Position numbers and translations under genes: made by a program. A stretch of 56,119 bases of DNA, the filler included, from Sluysia triapertura (lineage: Eukaryota): assembly GCA_046118255.1 (NCBI GenBank). It is 4 parts of 4 records of this genome, joined end to end, with 100 filler letters (N's around TTAATTAATTAA, not from the genome) between each part and the next. Parts side by side here need not be neighbours in the genome. Positions count along the whole stretch, not along the records: positions 1 to 12,648 come from JBJNIA010092010.1; positions 12,749 to 27,478 come from JBJNIA010250309.1; 2 more parts are not named here. One strand, 5' to 3'. The stretch's first letter is position 1. Every line of letters starts with the position of its first letter. This document shows positions 1 through 12,813 of this stretch, in pieces. The notes beneath the pieces are model-generated. The model made no database searches. It had not been told where the DNA came from and saw nothing but the letters and a program-made list of their open reading frames with translations.

Positions 1-68
<68 letters not shown>
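1..68. repeat. (AAT)n microsatellite
   Basis: Pure ATA/AAT tandem run; similar runs at ~3070-3152, ~9691-9753, 12749-12821, 16060-16117, 25302-25365 and 52906-52970. Confidence 0.97.
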
Positions 69-69
<1 letters not shown>

Positions 70-1049
70 TAAATATTGAAAGTAAAACAAATTTTTAATG
101 TTACATTTATATAAAAAACATTTCTTACTAAACCTGACAGTGAAAAAGTGGCTATAAAAATAACTATAAATGCATTTATGTTTTATAGTAGTAATAGCAG
201 TACTAGTCATAGTAATGGTATTATCCTTATTATTATTACTATTATCCTTATTATTATTATTATTATCATTATTATTATTACTATAGTGTTTTATGTAGCT
301 GATTGGTTTTTTTACAAAAAAGCTGAATAAAACGAGAAAGGGATTTGATACAAAATATTTATATTTTTTAATATCTCTGAAAAATATTATTAATAATAAT
401 TATTATGATAATTATAATTTTTGTTATTATTGAATAATTGATTAGTGAAACTGTCATCATGTCTAAACTGTTTTTTTTTCACTGATGATTGTTGTTATTT
501 GTCACTGTCGGACATTATTAAATGATATTTCTATACAAACACACACACACATATATATATATATGTATAGAATGGTATTTGTTTTAGTTTTACTAAGCAG
601 CAAATACATCATCACTTGTACATTGTAGCTCTGTTCCATTTCGTGCTATCAAAAATTGATTTTCTAATGATTGATAATAATGTAGAAATTAAATTGGTGT
701 TTAAAATTTAATTCAATAAATAGAGGCCATTTATAGATGAAATGAAAATCTTGGACTTATCGATGCAATGTTTGCAAAGGACATTATGCATGTGGTTTAT
801 CAACTATAAATATAGATACATTGAGTGGTTGTCGACATGTCACGGACAGCGTCATTGTAATGTTATTGATTCACATGTACGTATATGTATATCCGCATGC
901 TAATTGGTGCAGATAATGACATTCAAATACTACAAGTATTATCATAATTAGCATTACTGAAGTAAAACCGAAATTAATAAATCACATCACGAACCCAACA
1001 TTTTTTCGTGGATACTGAGTGTGTTGCAGTGATGTGATATATAAGGATA

Positions 1050-1478
1050 ATAATAATAATATATTAATTTACATTGCTCTCATATCTACTGAAATGTAAG
1101 TACTCAAAAGCGCTTACCTTAATATTTCTGAAACAGAAATATTTCATAATCTTCCAGTAATTAGATATTCTCTGGTTACTGGTTGTATATTTTTGAAACA
1201 TAAACGGAATATAAACCTATCACCTGGCTTGTTATCACTGTGGATTCTGTATAGATTATTGTTATGTCTCAATGAAATATTCATCTTGATTTCCCATTTT
1301 CGCTTTATTTCTGAAAGATATTCAGGACTTCGTAATGTAAGCATTAGTAAATAATTGTCGTGATTTTGAATTCTATTCTTGCTTTTATTGGCAACTAATG
1401 TAATTCTTTAAGATAAGGTGTTACATGAGATCTTCCCTTTTGGAGAATTAGTCTTGCTGATTGATTAATTATTAATTC
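1050..1478 (-). mobile_element. L2/CR1-clade LINE 3' end relic (copy 1)
   Basis: Reverse-complement match to 19280-19600; encodes a decayed SHVTPYLKEL..LPIK.RIEFKI ORF2 C-terminus; ends GTAAGCGCTTTTGAG...AAATTAATAT(TAT)n, like L2-type 3' ends. Confidence 0.75.
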
Positions 1479-1869
1479 AAGAATGGAGGAAATAAAAAAT
1501 GGGTTATTTGATCGGTTAAAACAAGAATTAATTTGATTGATTTGCCGAAGTTTGTGGATTAGAAAATCTGGAACTTAAAGGAATACGTAAACATTTTATA
1601 CAGCTTAAAAGGCTTATTCGATATGTTTTGTGATCAAATGTTAAACTCGAACTTTTTCCTAGGATGTACTAAAAATAAAAGTGTTCAGTATTGATTTTTG
1701 ATATGAAAATTTCGAAATGTTTGTCAAATTGATTTTCTTGATGAATAATTATTAACACTGTTTCTACCAAAGACACTGTTTAAAAGACCCCATTTAATAT
1801 TTTAATTTAACTATTTTTTGACTTTTTGTCGTACTAAAATAATAATTGTTAAATTTATTTAGCGGTATA

Positions 1870-2160
1870 ATTTTCTTTCGGATCTAAATGTACATATCTG
1901 GTATACCAATAGGTTTACAAAAAGTCCTGATAGAAATAGTGTTGAAAATGGAATCCGACAAACTTCAAGATATCCAAGGGGATAAAGAAAGCAGTTCCTT
2001 GATGATAGCAGAATGTATGTAAAGGTGACATATGAGCGGTTCTTATGCTGGATCTTAATATTTATGAGTGTGGCTTCACCGAAGTTTTGTTTGGATATTG
2101 ATTAGGATAAAGTCCTACTTCAAAAATTGAATCGTTCTATTGGCGCTTTACTGCTTGAAA
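1870..2160 (-). mobile_element. possible LTR-retrotransposon integrase relic
   Basis: Broken frames give SSKAPIERFN and IRTAH, resembling integrase core SNG.VERFNRTL...RT..H; heavily decayed. Confidence 0.25.
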
Positions 2161-3095
2161 TTTTAATTTTTATTTACTATGCACTGCGGAATAATAACCT
2201 AAATGGTCATTTTTATCTTTTATGTCGATTATTCTCAAGACCAAAAAAATAAGCAAATTTCAAACTTTGTCAACAAACTTTGCTTACAAAACACGATACA
2301 CTTGAAAAACACAATGAATGAATTTTGATACTGAAAAGTTTTGAAAATTATGCATGAAATATCTCAAGGTTGACATTTATTGTCTTTTATGCTTCGACTT
2401 CCTATTGGATGAATATTTAATGTACATTGTCAAAATAATCACAAAACAATTAATACGAATTTGTCTGGAATTACATTATTATTATTACTATTACTATTAC
2501 TATTATTATTGAGACAATTAATTTTTAATTTAATATTATACATTTTATTTATTTATTAATACAAAAGGTTACAATACATATATACATATGATATCAATAA
2601 TAAATGTACAATGCAAAATGCACAATGTTTGCTTCAAATTAATGTACTTGTGTTACTGTATTAGATTTTGTATTATTAATTATTACATTATTAATAATTA
2701 ATTTATTAGTTAAATTTAATAATTATAATGAAGAAAATATTATTTTTTAATACTAACTTCTTACATTTTACTTTTGCTGGAGTAGCACAATAATTACCGA
2801 CAGCGATTATCATTATCATTAACATTATATTATTATTATTATTATTAGTATTAGTATTAGTATTAGTATTATATAAAGAATAAAATTAAAATGAATATAA
2901 ACTCTTTCAGTTTTCATTCCAACTCTGTTTCACTACTTTCTACTTTCTATTATCACTATATTTGTCTCTGTTGTTTTTGTCTGTATTTCCCTCTCTTTTC
3001 TTTCCTTCATTTACTGTTGATTCCAAAAAAGAATTTTTTAAACAAATCAACCACTTATAATGATGATGATAATAATAGTAATAATAATAATAATA

Positions 3096-3146
<51 letters not shown>

Positions 3147-3659
3147 GTAATAAACCATATTATAGTATAATAAAATTAAAAGCGAACTGTAGTATAAAAA
3201 TCAAAGCATGAATTGTATTTGAAAATGAATATAAATCTAAGTTATATTACATTTGAACACTATTTATGAATAGTATACAATCATCATCATTAATACTTCA
3301 AAAAGCTAGAGTATTAAATATATTATAAAATATCAATAAAATCTCAGACCTATACAATGCAAAATATAAATAATAACAATAACTACATTGCATTATAATA
3401 AAATTAATCTTCTTCATAAAACCACAACTTCTTAAATGCAAAATATTTGCAAAAGTAAAACTATATTAGTAATTTTTGTTTTTCAGTGAGACAATGTGAT
3501 GGTACAAAGTTTGAGTTTTGGAAATTTAATTTTGTTAGATTTTTTTCGTCAATTTTATTAAAGATACAAATCTTTCAAATAAAATATGTTTCAATTCGAA
3601 TATGTTTGAAAATTATCATATTGAATATGTGTAGCAACGGTTTTACTAGGTATTCGAAA

Positions 3660-4050
3660 TGTTTAAGAGAAAGATAGCCAACAATTCACGATCTTGCTTG
3701 TTATGAAGACAATTCGATAGGTCTCTTCTTGAACTTGCACAAGTATTGGGCCGATTGCTACATTGGAGGTGTCTGTGGTTGGGATAAAAGGTACTAGTGG
3801 AAGTGGAAAAGCTAGACTTCGTATTCATAATCACGATGAAAAGATGTCGAGGATGTTTGTCCTACTTTATTGACTGTTATTTTCTGCCCGATGAAACACT
3901 TGTTACTGGAGCTATCTATGTGGTACAAATCTTCGGTATCAATCTTCGACAATAATCCTAAGATTATTTATTTATGTGACCGTTTGAAGTTGCGGAAAGT
4001 TCCTTATTGTCTCTAAGCGGATTTCTAAAAGTTCGGTGACTCAGTTGTTT
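3660..4050 (-). mobile_element. Ty3/gypsy RT-connection/RNase H relic
   Basis: Alternative frame reads SLAFPLPLVPFIPTTDTSNVAIGPILVQVQEETYRIVFITSKIV, matching RNase H motif LA.P....F...TDAS..AIGAVL.Q......V.F.SR; upstream CRRLIPK..IAPVT-like remnant. Confidence 0.7.
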
Positions 4051-4918
4051 TGAGTTAATGTTTTTGATGTTATTGAAAATTAATGTGATATTCAATTAAT
4101 AAAGATGTTTGAAAGTGATTGGGTTTATATCTGGAAATAATGAGATAGTTATTTACGAAATATTTTTTAAGTCTCAAGTAGTTAAGCAAATAGTAATTAA
4201 TAAATTTTTTATTTATGAAATTATGAGAATCATTAGGTGTAAAATTTTTAAAATTATTTAAATTGAAGAAATAACTATAAAGCACTTTTATTGAAACACG
4301 TTTACCAATACAACTGGGAGGATAATATAACTAAAGTAAGATAATAAAAATGTATAAAAGAACAATGTAATCGTATAACAAAAAGATTTATAATACATAA
4401 ATGCACAAATGTATCTTCTTACTTTTGTCTTCTAAGCAAATTGTTAAATATTGATACGGGAGTTTCTGGTTTGATAACAGGTTGCGTAAAAAAAACGGAA
4501 ATCGCGAAACAAAATAAAACGCGACTAATTTTTACGAGAGTGATGATAAAATCGTTATAATGCTTAAAGGTTGTAAACATTGACAGTTTTTCATTTTTAT
4601 GTTTGGCATGAAAGGTATAGTTTATTTTATTTGCAGAATGAACTTGAAAAAACAAAGATTTTGTTTGTAAATTTCTGGAACTTATTGCTAATTATTTTAC
4701 GGGGATAAGAAAATTCATGGAGGTATACTGGAAATTTAAAAAGGTTAACGGCGCTGAAAATATAGTGTTGATCGCCATATTTTCTAGTCTGACCTCATTG
4801 AAGGAATCGAATTGATTGCAGCCGTTCTTTAAAGTTTGTCAAATCCTTAGAGTATTTAATTTATTTTGGTATCTGCAACCTAGTTCGCTGCATTTTGCTT
4901 TCTGATAGTACTTATTAT

Positions 4919-4990
4919 TGTTGGAATAGAGGCCTAAAGTGCCATTTAGTATAAGTAACTATAATAATCTAAAATTGTTAGACGGGGATG
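4919..4990 (+). repeat. dispersed repeat starting TGTTGG (probable LTR 5' end); second copy at ~27408-27478
   Basis: TGTTGG..AGGCCTAAA..GTGCCA..AGTATAA...AAATTGTTAGACGG is shared by both copies. Confidence 0.55.
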
Positions 4991-5059
4991 ATAATTCAAA
5001 GAGTGATAATTCACTTTCCAACAAGTCCCTGTTACTTGAAATGGAAAATAATCCTTAGT

Positions 5060-5480
5060 CTTAATTTCAGTCCACAGAACATACGTCTCCATCTGCCAGT
5101 ATCATGTCGATGGTGTGGCGTCGGATCTGAATCACTTCTACACGTGCTCTGTCTGTCTTCACACAAGTACAGCCAGAACAGTCCGACACAACAAAATCCT
5201 TAACTACATAGTGGACAAAATGACTCAAAAGGGACTCTCGGTTATCAAGGATTCTCCTACACCAATTATCAGTAACACTCGACGACCTGACATATAGTCC
5301 CACGGTACTTCCTCATCGCAACTGTTCTTGATTGATGTCAGACCTCCTATGGACCTGAAGAAATATTTCAAAATACCCCGAACCACCAATATTGCGAAGT
5401 ATTCTGATTTACAGGGCAAACTGAAGGAACTGAAGTGCAACGTGTCTCTGGATACATTCGTCATTGGAGCCTTAGCTTAG
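5060..5480 (+). mobile_element. REL-endonuclease non-LTR retrotransposon fragment (zinc knuckle + REL domain)
   Basis: CRWCG...ESLLHVL, RTVRHNKIL, RRPDI, LFLIDV, KYSDL, DTFVIGAL across frameshifts; divergent relative of the 39520-42345 element. Confidence 0.8.
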
Positions 5481-5892
5481 TTGGAGAACTTGTCATAAAT
5501 TTTTCAAAATATCAAAGTTGTGACGTTAAAGCATTGTAATTACGATGATATATATTAAAAAACGTATTGAATTTTCTGAGAAAAAAGATAATCACATTAA
5601 AACCCTGTAGCTTTCAAGCAATTAAAATATATACAGTACATTGAAAAGTAAGAAAATCGAAAGTTACATCCCTATTTATTATTTATTACTTACCACCTTA
5701 CGTTGTATTTTACTAACCGTACCAAGCTAAAATTTCGCAGCGGTAATAAAAACAATGCAATTAATTTTAAACTTCAGTTAATCAGGGCAAATTATTTTAG
5801 TCCATGTTTTAATTAAGCAGAATTTACTGCATTTATTGTTTTGATTTTATTTGTTCCTCCGAAAACAGAACAATTAATGTGGAAAAAAATAA

Positions 5893-6831
5893 TTACATAA
5901 AAACTGCAGTTCGTGGATTAATTGGTCTATAATTGCCTTCATTTTTAATTAAACGTCTTAAAACATGAGTTGGTTTCTTTGGCATTATAAATGCTTTTTC
6001 ATGTTTACATTCTTTCGGTTTAACTAAATCTTGATTAAAATGTTTAAATACATGTTTACGTTTAATTAAATACTCAGTAGTGTAACATTTGATATCGTCA
6101 GAAGAATTGGGTGCATCATAAACTATGCGTTTCAATATATTTGGTAAACCAGAAAGACAACGTAAAATATTGTTTTGACAATGACTTTCTAAACAAAGTA
6201 AATAAGCTCGATGACCTTTATAAGGAAATGGATCATCAGATAGAAATACATTGCACCTATATTTACGACGAAATGAATCTAAAATTGTATCTGTATGTTT
6301 TAATACCCATTGCCATTCTTCTGGTGAATTTGGTATTGCATAAGCATAATAATGATAATTATTACCAATAATCGGATAAGTAAATTCAATAAATTCCATA
6401 TTACCTGGAGTATCATAAAGATCATCATCTTCTAATACAGAAGTAAATTTGGTTGTCTTTTTCGGTGTAGCTTTCCATTCAACTTTAGATGGATTAGGAC
6501 ACATAATAATGCCACTCTTACAATTTATTGGTGGTGTAAATGGCCTGTTGCAATTACGTTTAACTTTCAATATTTTATCATTTAAATTATCTTCAGGTTT
6601 TATTACTTTAAAACCTAATTTATAATTGACTTTCCAATTTTGCGTTTCCTGGTTTTGATCTAATAATGCTTCAGTATTAGTAGCTGAGGATATTTCATTG
6701 GATAACACGAACGGTGGTTCCATTTGATATGTTGAATGTGGTATTTCATTGTTATCATTATTAGAGTTAGTATTAATTAATTGGGCATATTTTTTAATGA
6801 ACATTAAATTGTAAATATAAATATTGATCAA
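5893..6831 (-). CDS. intronless hypothetical protein (~303 aa from ATG at 6804), possible degenerate KH-like domain
   Basis: By far the longest intact ORF in very AT-rich DNA; complex, protein-like composition; no transposon motifs recognised. Confidence 0.7.
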   Translation of the reverse strand: MINIYIYNLMFIKKYAQLINTNSNNDNNEIPHSTYQMEPPFVLSNEISSATNTEALLDQNQETQNWKVNYKLGFKVIKPEDNLNDKILKVKRNCNRPFTPPINCKSGIIMCPNPSKVEWKATPKKTTKFTSVLEDDDLYDTPGNMEFIEFTYPIIGNNYHYYAYAIPNSPEEWQWVLKHTDTILDSFRRKYRCNVFLSDDPFPYKGHRAYLLCLESHCQNNILRCLSGLPNILKRIVYDAPNSSDDIKCYTTEYLIKRKHVFKHFNQDLVKPKECKHEKAFIMPKKPTHVLRRLIKNEGNYRPINPRTAVFM

Positions 6832-7844
6832 TTAAACATTTTAATGGGAATTAAAAATTTCATAATTTATTTTGTACCAATATTATTATTCATATAAACA
6901 TTAGTAAAATTTACGATAGTATTTTATGACTAACAGATTTTAGATCTAGAGAGGGCTTATGGAATTTCGGGTATTAAAAATTAAAAATTAATTATAAAAA
7001 ATAAAAATTAAAAGCAATAATAATAATAATTGCTACGAAATTATTAATTAATTTTAAAGTAATTGTTAATAATACAATTATTGATAATATTAACATAATG
7101 GAAATAATAATGATAATAAGTCTAATAAAGATGATAAACGCGTAAATGGTAAATGGCAAGGAAACGTTTACATTTATGTACTACATTTTTAGATAGTATA
7201 TGAAAGGGTATGACAACTTGAAAATTGGTATATTTGGTAATTAACTTAAAGTAATTAAACATGTTTTGTAAAATAACTTGTAAAAAATAAAATGGTACAA
7301 TTAAAGCAGATGTTGTAACATATCATTAACAGAAAAATTGAAGTCTTGCGATTTAAGTTAATGGAAGTAACCTAAGAAATTAAGTATAGTAGAATAATCG
7401 AGGAAACTAGATACAGAATTGTTGCGTCTTTTAAATTAATAGTAACAATAAACTAATATCAATATAATTTGAAAATTCACTAGATTAAGTATAAATTGTT
7501 ACAAATTTTCTTATTTTACTGATGATACTTATTTAACCCAAAAATTACGTCATTAATTCAAATTAATAGCAATAAGTCAATAATATAATAATTAAAAAAT
7601 CAAACACAAGACGTTATTATAAGTTTCTGCTTTGACACTAATACAAGTGAATTAATGACTAAATTTCAAAATTAATAATAACACAATAATATATCCAAAG
7701 AAACAAGAGGTGGCGCAACATTAAGAAAAATATTAACTATTATTCACGATATACATTTCACATAACCAACACAAAACAAAACTATTTTAATAAAATCCCC
7801 TCAAAATAATATTTTTAATTATAAAAATAAATTCAAAAATTACC

Positions 7845-8470
7845 TAAAGCATGGAGCTTCTCATTTGCATTACTCTTTCTTGTTGTGAAGTAAACTTTTT
7901 AAGTATTCCTTTTAATTGTTTTCAGCATCCAATAATTCCCAAATTTTTGATTAAACATTCTCTCACACAAATTACTGCAAAATTCTTTGATCCGACATTA
8001 ATAACTTTGACAGTTACATGGTGCAAACTGTCAAAATTTATTAGATACAAAACACGAAAAATTGATTTACGATAAAAATAATAAATTTAATTTTAGTTTT
8101 CAGAATTTAATTGCTTTTTGTTTTTTCAACCCCAATTTCCTTATAGAAAATATTTAAGGTTCTTATTCTCAAATAAGCCATTCTACAAACATTTCAAACT
8201 CAGTTCTAGATTCTCCTCTTTCATAGCAATCATCTCATATTCAATTCATTATATTTTCATCATTCTAAGTACTAAAAATTGAGCATGCCATAATTAAGAA
8301 TTAATTAAAATATTAAGGCTTTCCTTGCATGAATTTGGCCAAACCTTCATCAAAAGGTCTTTTTAAATCAAATACGTACACAGTTTCAAATTCAACATAG
8401 CATTCCACATTCAAAAGTTATTCACAAAGACGTATTTTTCTTAATTAAGTTAATTAAGATTTTAATTTAT
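7845..8470 (-). mobile_element. probable BEL/Pao LTR-retrotransposon internal relic; 8160-8470 has an inverted copy at ~12230-12580
   Basis: Minus frame HHVTVKVI..G....VRE....GIIG..QLKGILKK resembles the BEL/Pao integrase zinc-binding region; the duplication is directly visible. Confidence 0.4.
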
Positions 8471-8697
8471 TAATCTATTTTTAGACTTAATCTTACTTTC
8501 TGTTTAAAGATTTTAGTTGTTATTTAGTAGTTTATAAGGCATTCAATAGGGTCTAGATTTTTTCACCTTCACCTCTCTGATTCATTTTTCTACTTCTTCG
8601 TGTTAATTATTACTATACTAGATTATTCTTAATACCAATAACAATGATTTTATTTCTCAACTATTTTAAAAATTTTTAACACTTTATAAGATTACTA

Positions 8698-8890
8698 AAC
8701 GATCTCAAATGCTTATATGTTCCAAGAATACTTAAAGGTTATTAAGGTCTTAAAAAGATTCACAAGTTCAAAGGTAACTTAATGCTTCGACAGGTTTTCC
8801 AAGTCTATCTCAAACTTCCTTAAGGTCTTAAGCCTTTATAAAGGTCTTTGGAACTTAAAGGTTTTCTTTGGCTGTTAGATGTTTTCACTT
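8698..8890 (+). pseudogene. collagen-like Gly-X-Y relic
   Basis: GAT CTC AAA TGC TTA TAT GTT CCA AGA ATA CTT AAA GGT TAT TAA GGT CTT AAA ... GGT TTT CCA AGT CTA TCT ... CTT AAA GGT TTT: every third codon is GGN or a close derivative of it. Confidence 0.4.
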
Positions 8891-9689
8891 TCATGATTCT
8901 TATTCCAACAATGTTTATTATGTTCAGTCCATCACCTTGTATCAGTTTTAAAGATCCATCTTTTAACTAATTTTTGAATTTATTTTTATAATTAAAAATA
9001 TTATTTTGGGGAGATTTTATTAAAATAGTTTTGTTTTGTGTTGGTTTTGGGAAATGTATATTTGATTATTATTAAGGAATATCGTGAATAATAGTTAATA
9101 TTTTTCTTCGTGTTGCGTCACCTCTGGTTTCTTTGAATAGATTATTGTGCTCTTCATATTGTCATAAATATTATTGTTAATTTTGAAATTTAGTCAAATT
9201 TTGAAATTTAATTCACTTGTATTAGTGTTAAAGCAGATACTTATAATAGCAATTTGTATTTGTTCTTTTAATTATTAAATTATTGAGTTGTTATTAATTT
9301 GATTTAAAAGCATAATTTTTGGGTAAATATTTATTATTAAAATAAGAAAATTTGTGCTAAGTTATGCTTGATCTAGTGCATATTGAAATTATTTGAGATT
9401 ATATTTAAGTAAATTAAATTGATATTGTTTTATTGTTACCATTAATTTCAAAGACGCAACATAATGATCATACGTTGCAAAAGTATATATCAAATTAATG
9501 CACAGTAAGAGATCATTTTATGTATTTTATTGAAATTGACTTATGATATGTCGTTAACAAGTTGCGTAATGTATCAAAATTTATTAGAAATTAACGTAAT
9601 ATTTAATTAGATTTATATTCAATTAAAGTTAATGTGTCATTGTATCAATTATATTAGGTTGTAATAGGTTGTATATTTTATGTTTTATT

Positions 9690-9755
<66 letters not shown>

Positions 9756-12648
9756 TAAATAATTTCGATTCTATTTTAAAATTATGGTAAAAGCAATTAA
9801 TGATAAATTCAATTAATATTTTAATGGAATAGTATTACAGTAAAATATTGTGGAATATTTTCAATTAATGTTTTAATTATGATGGATTTTATGAAATAGT
9901 TTTAATTGTTATCTAATAGATTTTATTTTTAATTTTTGATTTCATAAATTAATTATTTCCCTCTAATGGATTTGTGAATATTCCTACTTAATAGCATTTT
10001 ATGGATATTTAATGGATAATACATTGAATTCAATAATATAAAAGAATAATTTTAAAAAATTTGCACAAAAATTGTTTCGTCTGCGATAATTTCGGCTGTT
10101 GGGATTAATTAAGGATAAGGAGGAACATAAGGGTTAAAACTCAAGGAATATATGAAATAAATATCATTGAAGAATCAGGATAGAATATTGTACATACAAA
10201 TTAACTTTACTGTAAATAACTTATGTGTCATGTGTGTTATAACAATTAAAGTTTATTTATTGATTTATGAGTAATTGTGTACATTTTCATTATATTTACA
10301 TTGATAATTATGTGATTTATGAATTGTTTGGATTTTTAACGTTTTACAAAAATAATTTGGATAATTACTAAATTTTGGATAAATATTGTTTTGGACAATT
10401 GGAATATGTTTAATATTTTTGTAAATATTATTTTTAATAATATGTTCAATATTTATTAAATTTTTGTAAATATTAAATTTTAAATTATACATTTTGTTTT
10501 ATTAAATTAAAAATTTATATATAAAGAAATAACAAATCACAATTTTATACAACAATTTTCATAACAATTTTGAAAAACACAATTGGTACTTTATAAATTT
10601 TTGGACACCGAAAATTTGGTACAGATTATCAAAACATAATTCGAACTACCCATCTACGATTATATATTATCAAGCAATAATTTGTGACCAGATCATTCTA
10701 TAATTTCTTTTTAAAATAATAAGTTAGTTTATTTATGTTAAGGTTTAGATATCCAAGAGATATCAACGTAAAATAGACTTAAATTATTTAATAATAGATC
10801 CTCGTAAAATCTTTTGATAAAATATTATTGACATCGGAATTATACAGAATAATTTTTTCTAAAACTTATTTTATTGTTAATATTCGAAATTGTAAAATTT
10901 ATTTTATTTTACTGTTTAATAAAATTATCGATGAAAGCATTGTTATTATTAAATTAAATAGCCTCAAATATAAAATTCACACTACAAAAGGATTTCCATA
11001 TTTAGATTTTAATTCTAACTTCGTAAAATATCTATTAAAGATCCTTTTCATAGGATCAACGTAAAATATCTATTAAATTATTTTGATTATATTTAATACT
11101 TTTATACACCTCCAAACCTTCTAAGAGATGCGACAAAGTAATAATAATAATAATAAAAGATTTCAACTAACACTACATTTTAGGCAATTCTTTTTACCTT
11201 TTACTTTTATCCACAAATCCAACGTTAAAACTTTTTTGGTTCTATTATTCTACTTCAAATATTTTTACAACATTATGATGAATTTTGAAAACAAAATAAA
11301 ATAAAATGAAAAATGAAATATACGAAGAAAGAACTCTTTATCAGGTTCTATTTGTTAAAATATTAAAATACATTTGTTAATTAATTTAATTAAAACTTGT
11401 TTAATTTGATAACTTAATGAAAAATGTTTGCTCATGATAAAATAACATAAGAATTAGTGTATAATGATAAAGTTTTATGAAGCACGTCGACGTAGATAAC
11501 GTAAAAATTAGTTATTTTAATTGATTAGTTATTTTAAAATTAAAGTTAAATATGTTCCGATGTTTATGTATAAGTAAAGTATATATTAAATTGATGTTCG
11601 TGAAGATACCAATTCAAATACGTTATTGAACTCGACAAGAAATTTCTATGGAAAATAAATTTAGCATTTCATTAATTATATCCTTAATTTAAGTTAATAA
11701 ATTGCGTTAATGATAGAATATTCATTCAATAATTATATTAAATTTTTTTTGTTTGTTACAAATTCCATTATCTTTGGGTAAATATAAAAGATAATTTGAC
11801 ACAGACGGAAATTATAGTTGATATTTAATCACTAAAACTGATTGGCTTATGACCAACTAAAAAGAATAGATGACTAAATTTCCAATCTCCTAAACGAATG
11901 CTCAACTGCTATATAAGATTAGAAAATCAGGAAAAAATTAAAAAAGATAAAGAAAGAATTAAAAGAATGATTTGGACTAGGAATAAAAGACTTATTAAGC
12001 TTTATGGACGCTACCTTAATCGATTTGTGAAAAACAATGAGATTGAGGTTTATTCTTCTGTAGCTGTTAAAATAAGGAATAAGGGATTTTATTTATTAAG
12101 GTTAGTTATTTTTTGTTATTTTATTGTTGTCAATACGGATGTTGTGTTACACTGCTAGTAATTTTTATATATTTAGAGTTTTATAGTCAAAGATTGGTAA
12201 CTTTAAATTATATTAAGTTTAAAAATAAAGCAATTAATTAAAATCTTAATTAAATTAATTAAGAATAAAGTTTTGATGCGGGATGTTATGTTTAATTTCA
12301 AACAATATTTGTTAAATTTGTTAAAACTATTAAATTTGTTTTAAAAAGACATTTCGATGAAGGTATGGTTTGACCAATTTCATTCAAAGAAAGATTTAAT
12401 ATTGGGCAAAGTCAAATTTTAATTAATTTTTAATTATGGAATGTTGAATTTTTTAAACTTAGATTGATACAAATGTAATGAGTGGAATATGAGATGATTG
12501 CTACGAAAGAGAAGATTCTATAAATGAGTTCGAAATGTTTATAGAATGGCTTGTTTGAGAAAAAGAACCGTAAACATTTTTCACTAGAAAAAAATTCCCT
12601 TTAAGTAAATTAAACTGCTACTGACTTATTGTTATTAGTCATTTCATA

Positions 12649-12748
12649 NNNNNNNNNNNNNNNNNNNNNNNNNNNNNNNNNNNNNNNNNNNNTTAATTAA
12701 TTAANNNNNNNNNNNNNNNNNNNNNNNNNNNNNNNNNNNNNNNNNNNN
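12649..12748. other. assembly gap with artificial six-frame-stop spacer (also 27479-27578, 43423-43522); plain gaps at 46917-47072 and 50242-50395
   Basis: Identical N44-TTAATTAATTAA-N44 blocks. Confidence 0.95.

Positions 12749-12813
<65 letters not shown>

Larger units (their letters stand above)
7420..9461. repeat. long imperfect inverted repeat: arms 7420-7842 and 8968-9461
   Basis: TGTTGCGTCTT...AATTCAAAAATTA at left is matched in reverse complement by TAATTTTTGAATT...AAGACGCAACA at right, collinear over >400 bp with indels. Confidence 0.9.

Noticed and set aside
2891-3211. Poly-N/poly-Y/poly-I/poly-L ORFs (also 148-330, 12697-12906, 15973-16200, 38432-38629, 44625-44886)
   Set aside because: Translations of (AAT)n microsatellites or other low-complexity DNA
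10760-11090. CRISPR-like recurring CGTAAAAT units
   Set aside because: Irregular spacing, degenerate repeats, eukaryotic context, no cas genes
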